Shown: positions 58,701-64,000 of the stretch, piece by piece
Numbering within the stretch: the first letter of the stretch is position 1
Layout of the letters: every line of letters starts with the position of its first letter
Source of the DNA: Gemmatimonadota bacterium
Lineage (GTDB): Bacteria > Gemmatimonadota > Gemmatimonadetes > Gemmatimonadales > GWC2-71-9
Assembly (NCBI GenBank): GCA_046726475.1
Contig: JBKPAO010000036.1
Span: 674-64,673, forward strand
Reading direction: 5' to 3'
DNA: 64,000 bases
Program-made: the position numbers and the translations under genes
Notes under the pieces: model-generated
What the model saw: the letters and a program-made list of their open reading frames with translations, nothing else
Told to the model about the DNA's origin: nothing
Databases searched by the model: none

Positions 58701-59664
58701 TAACGCGGGCAGCTTGGCCGGGGTGACGTTTATCCATGAGCCCGAGCCTTACCTGCAGGGCTATCCGGGAGCGGACTTCCGTGAATTGCCTGGAGCCTAC
58801 TCCGCTGCGGCTCGGGCGGCGGACTTCAAGTTCTATTGGGGAACGGGGGGAGCGGTCGACTCGGTGATCGACATAACCCACAACGTGCCCGTGCCGTTCG
58901 ATTCCTCCTTCGGGGGAAGCTGGGGTTTCCTGACCCCCGCCTCCGCCACCAGCAATGGCAGCCTCGACGCCAGTACGGCGCTCGTGTCCACGGCAGACTT
59001 GTGGTGTGTGGATCCTGCTATAGCGCAGGGTGCCACCGGCACTCAGACCTGCGCCTCGGATCCACCGTACAAGTTGGTTCCGGTGGCCACGCTGGCACCG
59101 ATTGCGGTCGGTGGCAGTGACCCGGTCGTGCCAATCACGGGGCAGCAGGGATTCGGCCTCTACATGCCGGGCCACGCGTTCATCTTCGGCATGCCGGCAC
59201 TTCCTGCGGCCGGAACGGTGTGGACCCTGCGTACCTACACCGGTGCCATTACCGCCGACAACACCTTCTTCGAGCAGCCTCGGCCGCTTACAGCGGTGGG
59301 CGTCGAGGTGCAGGCCCAGTACCAGGCCACGAATCAAGTGCTCGCGACTACCACGGACGACCTGAACCACGTCCACACGGTTCCCGATCCGTACTACGTC
59401 ACCAACCAGTTCGAGCAGACCACGGATACCAAGATCATCAAGTTCGTGAATCTGCCGGCCGACTGCATCATCCGGATCTATTCGTCAAGCGGCGTGCTGG
59501 TAACCCTGCTAGACCACCACACCACTCAGGGCGGTGGTGCGGAGGATTGGAACGTCCGAAACCGCAACAACCAAGTGGTTGCGAGCGGGGTGTACTTCTA
59601 TCATCTCGAATCAGGCGATGCACGACGGGTGGGTCGGTTCACAATCGTCAACTTCGCTGAATAG
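55747..59664 (+). CDS. 1305-aa secreted protein of unknown function with T9SS/FlgD-Ig-like C-terminal sorting-type domain
   Basis: Signal peptide MHSFLCKRSVVTLGLLAAALGALTPQAADA and an FN3-like stretch (VSVIWRQSP...EGYRVYRGR). The C-terminal tail is IIRIYSSSGVLVTLLDH...EDWNVRNRNNQVVASGVYFYHLESGDARRVGRFTIVNFAE. RBS GAGAGAGGA lies upstream. Confidence 0.8.
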   Translation: MHSFLCKRSVVTLGLLAAALGALTPQAADAKPRPGKGAHGFRLFARSLGALTINRAYCGLSATGEICVDSTNSSTIGGGFWPKGTPDQYVFNSGLQLAGTVDAAAGFAWAGDTTGAFLFDPKGTTQHGEQVSPIYNMSNPEDLTAVSDSQASGEQLAARVPAGDVSENLFYPLLRGRPSASQGDVWFLTWEGNPSQNAGRKHPLGILVEQRGLGWNFPTGNEDIIYFLYTFYNVTAKASSGVYASIRPGMRDIAEARGDLFQSSNEAAFGVDIPDGGYTINNLFAAFSADMDVAEASANYSSVNVPFALGYVYEHTFSGASGWTFDPGIFGTPFFPGAGFVGVKYLKSPVDPVTGAQVGLTLFSNTINGGAFDDAQNTVQLYRYLSGNISVPAGDAACNNDPLTTKICYVNTGAPDDMRFFQSSGPLTLAPGQFQTIVVAYIFAAPVATPGCPAAGACDLTPGDPVRTETLAALTSSAGLNPVDSVAGYLGFGGDANSNGVPEQSEYNLPVSGSLMGKALTAQSVFDFNFLLPFAPDPPEFFTVPGDNEVSVIWRQSPTEATGDPFFTIASQANITDTLGNPLPNPLYDPNYRQFDVEGYRVYRGRVDNPNELQMLAQFDYTGTFMQDFAGQVNPTASCAPELGVNVFTPILDTLGQVVDSTPGCPVVFDTVVPGLARTVHNDIPLVGPITQTKLTGGRNKLATGEAIFLQVDTAMTGAGGSGTTLEDTGVPFVFVDHTAKNNLRYFYSVVAFDVNSFQSGPSSLESPRNTKPTTPSHTATNVESTLQLTQTLVGRGQTLDYKAPPPTLDAANLTFSGPFPPANGWEIGFVTSLSQVLSGSGSFSAKLDSMSLGNAWEDPTSTYFFTATTAGGALTVSVPVAQSFVEPTGTGTSTPFLAATVDQSAARFGGSNNFSLYGQVTMTLPGWPYTNGFGRIVALGAQTDGFPELNVENGSRWFDGANETTPHPNANNAADVTADPLLYSNAGSLAGVTFIHEPEPYLQGYPGADFRELPGAYSAAARAADFKFYWGTGGAVDSVIDITHNVPVPFDSSFGGSWGFLTPASATSNGSLDASTALVSTADLWCVDPAIAQGATGTQTCASDPPYKLVPVATLAPIAVGGSDPVVPITGQQGFGLYMPGHAFIFGMPALPAAGTVWTLRTYTGAITADNTFFEQPRPLTAVGVEVQAQYQATNQVLATTTDDLNHVHTVPDPYYVTNQFEQTTDTKIIKFVNLPADCIIRIYSSSGVLVTLLDHHTTQGGGAEDWNVRNRNNQVVASGVYFYHLESGDARRVGRFTIVNFAE

Positions 59665-59718
59665 CACAGCAACGGTGGGGCGAGCCGTCTGGCTCGCCCC
59701 CGCATCCAGGAGAAGGAC

Positions 59719-60846
59719 ATGAGTCAGCTATCCATAGCACGAAACCTGGCGTTGGCGGCGCTGCTCAGCGGGGTGCCGGCAGGACTCGCTGCGCAGAACG
59801 ACATCAACCAGGACAATACCGCGTACGGCACCACCTCGGCGGAATTTCTGCTGTTCGGTGCCGGGGCACGGGGAACGGCGCTGGGAGGGGCATACGCCTC
59901 GATCGCAAACGATGCCAGCGCGCTCTACTACAATCCGGCCGGCATTGCGCTGGCGCCTCGATCGAACGCGCTGCTCGGTACCTACGACTATGTCGCGGAC
60001 ACCCGCTATAGTTGGGGTGGCGTGATGTTCCCGTTCTCCGGGGGGTCGCGGGCGGTCGGTCTGCAGGGTGGTACCTTCGGCTTCAAGGATCAGCCGGTCT
60101 ACACCGTCGAGCAGCCGGATGGTACCGGCTCGACCTACTCGGTGAGCGAGACGTTCCTGGGTTTGACGTTCGCCCAGAACTTCTCTGACCGCTTCGCCGC
60201 AGGCCTGACGGCCAAGGCCGTCTTCGACAATCTGGGTGACGCCAACGGCAGCGCGTTCGCCGTTGATTTCGGAACGAACTTCCACTCGTCCCTTGGGGGC
60301 CACCCGATCCGCTTCTCGTTCGTGGTTGCCAACCTCGGCACCAACCTCTCGTACTCGGGCGAAGCGATCAACACCCAGACGCCGCGCGAGCCGATTCCCG
60401 GCGAGCAGGACGTTCCATCGAATGATCAGCCGAGCACCTTCCGAACCAAGGCGTTCAGTCTGCCGACGATTTTCCGGGTGGGATTGGCCTACGATCTGGT
60501 CTCGGGCGACAACAACCGTCTGACCGTCATCTCCGACTTCAACCAGCCTAACAACAGCGGGGCCGGGTTCGCGGTCGGTGGAGAGTGGATGTCGCAGCGG
60601 CTGGGCGGATCGGCCTTCGGGTTTGCGGCCCGAGGGAGCTACAGCTATACCAGCGCCAACAACCTGGACCCGATCGATCCGGCAACCACCGCCCTTTCCG
60701 ACGAGGAGAACCTGCAGGGCCTCGCGTTGGGTGGTGGGTTGAATTACTCCGGCGAAGGTGGGTTCAGCATCGGCCTCGATTACGCCTGGAAGTACCTCGG
60801 CGTGCTCGGGGGCACCAACTTCTTCAGCGTGAGTCTCGGCTGGTAG
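59719..60846 (+). CDS. PorV/PorQ-family-like outer membrane beta-barrel
   Basis: 375 aa with a signal peptide and the family N-terminal signature TTSAEFLLFGAGARGTALGGAYASIANDASALYYNPAGIAL. Alternating beta-strand pattern, ending ...FFSVSLGW. Confidence 0.78.
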   Translation: MSQLSIARNLALAALLSGVPAGLAAQNDINQDNTAYGTTSAEFLLFGAGARGTALGGAYASIANDASALYYNPAGIALAPRSNALLGTYDYVADTRYSWGGVMFPFSGGSRAVGLQGGTFGFKDQPVYTVEQPDGTGSTYSVSETFLGLTFAQNFSDRFAAGLTAKAVFDNLGDANGSAFAVDFGTNFHSSLGGHPIRFSFVVANLGTNLSYSGEAINTQTPREPIPGEQDVPSNDQPSTFRTKAFSLPTIFRVGLAYDLVSGDNNRLTVISDFNQPNNSGAGFAVGGEWMSQRLGGSAFGFAARGSYSYTSANNLDPIDPATTALSDEENLQGLALGGGLNYSGEGGFSIGLDYAWKYLGVLGGTNFFSVSLGW

Positions 60847-60897
60847 TCGCAGCCGATGAGGGGGCCGGCAGCTCGGCCCCCCACATATAAGGTCGAC

Positions 60898-62325
60898 ATG
60901 AACTGGCTTGTAGGTTTGGCGCTCGCCGTCGCCGGGCAGTTTTCCCCGGCGGCGGTGTCGGCGCAACAGTCTGCGTTAGTCATGCGTGCGGTCCGCTTCT
61001 ACCGCGCCGAGCTCAACCGTACTCGGGTCAAGGGACTGGTCCAGATCCCTTTGACATCACTGGCACCAGCCGAGGGATCCGGAGGAGGGCGTAGCTATTC
61101 GATGGCGGTGCGCGTCGCGGATTCCACTGGCCTTACGCTGTATCAGCAATCCTGGCAGAGTCACGCCAACGACGTGCCCGGTATGGCCGACGCCTATACC
61201 GTGGAGATCGTCGACTTCGCCACGGCGCCGGGACGGTACCGGCTCGATGTCAGCGTGCAGGATTCAGTGTCCGGCCGGAAACAGAACTCCTCGCTGGAGG
61301 TGCGTGCCCTCACTGATACCAGCATTGCCTCCGACCTCCTGCTTGCGCCGAAAATGCGGCTGGCGGTGGCGGAGGATACGGTTCCCAATCCGGGAGAGTT
61401 CCGCGCCGGCAACAGCCTGGTGGTCGCCGCCGCTCGCGTCGTGCTGACGCCGCTCCAACCCAAGGTGTTCTACCTGCTCGAGGTGTATGGGGACCGGGAG
61501 CGCGCTGGCTCACTCAGTGTGGCGGTAAAAGATTCGTCCGGGACCGTCACTACCAAGACCCCGGAGGTCCCGGCAAACGTGGCGGCGGGGGGCAGCATAC
61601 TCCAGGGGCAGCTCGATCTGACCGGTCTTCCGCCCGGCAGGTACACGATGGTTGCCACTCTCAAGTTGGGGGATCGCGTAGTCGAGCGGACCGCCCAACT
61701 CAGCATGGCGGGACTAGCGGCAACTCTGGCGCGCGACACAGCCCGGCGTGCCGTCCTGCGCACCACCGACGAGGGCTACTTCGCGGAGATGCCGACGGAG
61801 TTGTTGAATCGCGCCGAGGCGCCTCTGATCTATCTTGCCGAGGCCCGCGAGCTGTCGGTGTGGAATGACGAGCTCAGCGTCGACGCCAAGCGCCGTTTTC
61901 TCACTGAGTTCTGGCAAAAGCGCGATCCCACCCCTGGCACCGGTCGCAACGAACGGCGGGAGCAGTTCTACTCCGCCATCGAGTACGCCAATACCAAGTT
62001 TCGGGAGGGGGGCCGTAATCCGGTCAGCGGGTGGCGCTCGGATCGCGGCCGCATCTTCATCAAGAACGGAGCGCCGGACCAGGTGCTCCGAGGCGAGCGG
62101 GAGGGCCGGTCGCCACCCTATGAGGTGTGGAGCTATGCCAAGGGCAAAGGCGATTACTACGTATTTGCCGACCGATCCGGTTTTGGCGCCTTCACCCTGC
62201 TCACCTCCAGCGAACTGAAGGAGCCGGGAGTGCCCGGCTGGGGTGATATCCTGGGAGGTCCCGCGGTGGCTGATATCTCGCGTTTTCTCGGGATTGATCT
62301 TGTGACCCAGAACCGTCGTTTTTAA
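60898..62325 (+). CDS. GWxTD domain-containing protein
   Basis: Signal peptide MNWLVGLALAVAGQFSPAAVSAQQ (the ORF-track start at 60856 is an alternative). The C-terminal core reads RRFLTEFWQKRDPTPGTGRNERREQFYSAIEYANTKF...SGWRSDRGRIFIKNGAPDQV...PYEVWSY. Confidence 0.78.
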   Translation: MNWLVGLALAVAGQFSPAAVSAQQSALVMRAVRFYRAELNRTRVKGLVQIPLTSLAPAEGSGGGRSYSMAVRVADSTGLTLYQQSWQSHANDVPGMADAYTVEIVDFATAPGRYRLDVSVQDSVSGRKQNSSLEVRALTDTSIASDLLLAPKMRLAVAEDTVPNPGEFRAGNSLVVAAARVVLTPLQPKVFYLLEVYGDRERAGSLSVAVKDSSGTVTTKTPEVPANVAAGGSILQGQLDLTGLPPGRYTMVATLKLGDRVVERTAQLSMAGLAATLARDTARRAVLRTTDEGYFAEMPTELLNRAEAPLIYLAEARELSVWNDELSVDAKRRFLTEFWQKRDPTPGTGRNERREQFYSAIEYANTKFREGGRNPVSGWRSDRGRIFIKNGAPDQVLRGEREGRSPPYEVWSYAKGKGDYYVFADRSGFGAFTLLTSSELKEPGVPGWGDILGGPAVADISRFLGIDLVTQNRRF

Positions 62326-62354
62326 ACCTCTTCCCAACAGCTTTCATTGACGAG

Positions 62355-63434
62355 GTGCTCAGTATGAATCGTTCGATGTGTGGTGGGTTTCTTCTGGCTG
62401 CCGCTACGGGCATGCTGGCCTGCAGCGGTGACCCGACCGGGGATCTCGTCGGTACTGGCGCCGCCATCTCGGCCATCCCGAGCTCGCTGTTCATGGCTCA
62501 AGGCGAGACCAAACCGTTGACCGTCAGCGTCCTCGACGAGCAGGGTAACGCGCTCGAAATCACCGGATTCCAGGCAGCGCCAGGTTCTGCCGCGGTTGCG
62601 GTGGTCGAGGACACGACCTACCTCGCTACCAGCGCGGGCGAGCTGAGTACCAGTCGTCGGGTAAATGTCACCGGACAGGCCGCGGCAGCGACCACGGTTG
62701 CAGTCACCGCTAACGGCACGACCTTGAACGTGCCCGTCAAAGTGACGCCGATCTCTATCACGGCGACGTTGTCCACCCCGACGCCGGCAGCGAACGAGCC
62801 GCTAACGATTACCCTGCCCGCAGGCTACAAGTTCGGCGCTGGTGGAGGCGCCAGCGTGGAAACCACGCCAGGTATCACGGGTGCGATTGCCCCCGACAGC
62901 TCATCGGCTACCGTCTTTTTTCTTCCGGGAACGACTGGTTCGATTACCGTGGACAGCGTAGCGGTAGATTTCGCCCCTGGCGTACTGTTTAGCCTGCCGA
63001 CCGACCAGACAGTGACGGTCGGGCCACTGACCACCACATTACCGGGAACCGACGATCCCTCGACGGCCCCGGCACTTGCCCTGCCGCCGCCAGGTCAAAC
63101 CACGGTGATCTACGATCTACCGGATTTTGCTGCTACCATCGACCATTTTTACCGGCTTGATGTGGCGGAGGAAGGGGACTATACCGTTACGGTCGGTTGG
63201 ACGGTCGGCAACGACGTGGATGCCCCCGTCTGTGTCGCTGATCCCACGTGCGCGGCTGAGGACTTCACGGATCCCACGGTCAGCGGTAATAACCCCGAAA
63301 CAGGCACGTTTACGCTTCCGGTGGGCACCAGCACGCTTCTGGTAGAAGACTTCGGCGCGATCCAGGACCAGTTCGGGCTTCCACCCGGCGTCCCTGCAAT
63401 CGGCGCGATCGTTACGATCGCCATTTCGCGATAA
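62355..63434 (+). CDS. lipoprotein with Big_2-like Ig domain and PPC-like C-terminal domain
   Basis: Lipobox (ATGMLAC). Big_2-like segment AISAIPSSLFMAQGETKPLTVSVLDEQGNAL...TVAVTANGTTLNVPVKV. The C-terminal FYRLDVAEEGDYTVTVGW resembles pre-peptidase C-terminal domains. Confidence 0.6.
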   Translation: MLSMNRSMCGGFLLAAATGMLACSGDPTGDLVGTGAAISAIPSSLFMAQGETKPLTVSVLDEQGNALEITGFQAAPGSAAVAVVEDTTYLATSAGELSTSRRVNVTGQAAAATTVAVTANGTTLNVPVKVTPISITATLSTPTPAANEPLTITLPAGYKFGAGGGASVETTPGITGAIAPDSSSATVFFLPGTTGSITVDSVAVDFAPGVLFSLPTDQTVTVGPLTTTLPGTDDPSTAPALALPPPGQTTVIYDLPDFAATIDHFYRLDVAEEGDYTVTVGWTVGNDVDAPVCVADPTCAAEDFTDPTVSGNNPETGTFTLPVGTSTLLVEDFGAIQDQFGLPPGVPAIGAIVTIAISR

Positions 63435-63454
63435 TACAGGCGATGAATGAGTTG

Positions 63455-63486
63455 AAAAGCCCCCGGTCACCGGGGGCTTTTTATTT
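63455..63486. terminator. bidirectional rho-independent terminator
   Basis: AGCCCCCGG-tca-CCGGGGGCT (9-bp GC stem), flanked by AAAA upstream and TTTTTATTT downstream. It lies between convergent genes. Confidence 0.82.
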
Positions 63487-64000
63487 GGTTCTCGCCCTCT
63501 GCCCTTCTGCTCGACTGCCAGTCCTACTGTTCGCCGGTCCCAACCGCGCCTGATCCAGTCTGATGTTCTCGTCTCCAGCCTGGTACGGCATCATCGTGAT
63601 GATGCACTGAAACATCTCGTCAGTGCTCCGCATGCTGCCGCCCTGCTCCCGCACCAGCTGCGGTGGACTGAACGGATTGTTGGGGTTGTTCGCCGTGTTG
63701 TCGTAGGTCGCCTCGGCGTAGATCGTCGTCCCTACCGGCAGGTGCAGCATCGTGGGGAAGGTGTAGAAGTACTGCCAGCGGAAATCCCACCGCTTGATGC
63801 GGACCAGAGGGATAGTGTCGGCCCTCGGGGTGACGGCATAGGCCAGGAAGGTCTTTCCCAACAGATGCATATGAGGGTTGATGGTCAGCACCGAAATGTC
63901 CGCCGGCAGGGTGAACTGGGTGCGAAAGGTCTGCACGGTGTTCGGGGGCACCACCAGCGGAGGCACGACCGGCGATCGGCCCAGCGTGCCGAGAAGCAGG
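63481..64000 (-). CDS. copper monooxygenase-like protein (PHM/DBH Cu2_monoox C-terminal-type domain), 5' end outside window
   Basis: The frame stays open to the window edge (no stop upstream of the GTG at 63966). Contains NPHMHLLGK (HxH), WDFRWQYFY, YDNTANNPNNP and TDEMF (Met ligand), the CuM-site pattern. Confidence 0.68.
   Translation of the reverse strand, partial: LLLGTLGRSPVVPPLVVPPNTVQTFRTQFTLPADISVLTINPHMHLLGKTFLAYAVTPRADTIPLVRIKRWDFRWQYFYTFPTMLHLPVGTTIYAEATYDNTANNPNNPFSPPQLVREQGGSMRSTDEMFQCIITMMPYQAGDENIRLDQARLGPANSRTGSRAEGQRARTK

Noticed and set aside
55747-59664. The 1305-aa protein as a PorU-type T9SS sortase, since porU-porV adjacency is typical in Bacteroidota.
   Set aside because: I could not find a gingipain/C25-like His...Cys catalytic dyad context (GHG...C-type). 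The cysteines occur as close structural pairs. The size and position match is suggestive only, so it is reported as cargo rather than sortase.
59728-60966. 412-aa minus-strand ORF covering the PorV-like gene. Similar cases are the 334-aa ORF at 53970..54974 and the 240-aa ORF at 57397..58119.
   Set aside because: They are antisense to genes with clear signal peptides and family motifs, with Arg/Gly/Val-rich shadow-type translation and no motifs.

Overview
GC-rich bacterial chromosomal window with strong third-position GC bias, so long antisense shadow ORFs are common. It is gene-dense: about 65 supportable CDS, many translationally coupled. I found no rRNA, tRNA, CRISPR array, transposase, integrase or phage genes. 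The protein repertoire (Oar-type CarboxypepD_reg TonB-dependent barrel, PorV-like barrel, GWxTD protein, T9SS-like C-terminal tail) suggests a Gemmatimonadota-like or other FCB-superphylum organism; this is inference only.

Gene blocks, in order:
- acyl-CoA dehydrogenase (partial)
- methionine/folate block: MTHFR-like gene, YitJ-like Hcy-methyltransferase/MTHFR fusion, metH with a structured leader
- yggT, lipoprotein, soluble acyl-ACP desaturase
- GNAT, trxC, YfcC-type transporter
- orphan RsrA-like zinc anti-sigma, cutA, PAP2, ModE-N-like HTH, pruA
- complete pqqABCDE, preceded by a sigma54-type promoter and an adjacent NtrC-type response regulator and histidine kinase
- TolC/HlyD pair with no pump gene
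- TPR protein, PqqL-like M16 peptidase
- degenerate AdoMetDC-like gene, sugar nucleotidyltransferase, CDP-alcohol phosphatidyltransferase, OsmC
- DsbA and VKOR, tandem kup paralogs, acs
- STAS protein, CheY-like regulator coupled to ccmABCD
- aquaporin, fabF

Two loci deserve most attention:
1. A tightly coupled minus-strand operon at 45337-49868: ECF sigma, ZAS anti-sigma, DUF92, geranylgeranyl-reductase-family flavoprotein, flavin reductase, methyltransferase, SRPBCC.
2. An 11-kb five-gene outer-membrane/surface operon at 52011-63486: Oar-type TBDT, 1305-aa protein with a T9SS-like tail, PorV-like barrel, GWxTD protein, Ig-like lipoprotein.

A family of short tandem heptamer and inverted-repeat elements sits exactly at several stop codons. 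All family calls are by eye from motifs; no HMM or BLAST search was run.
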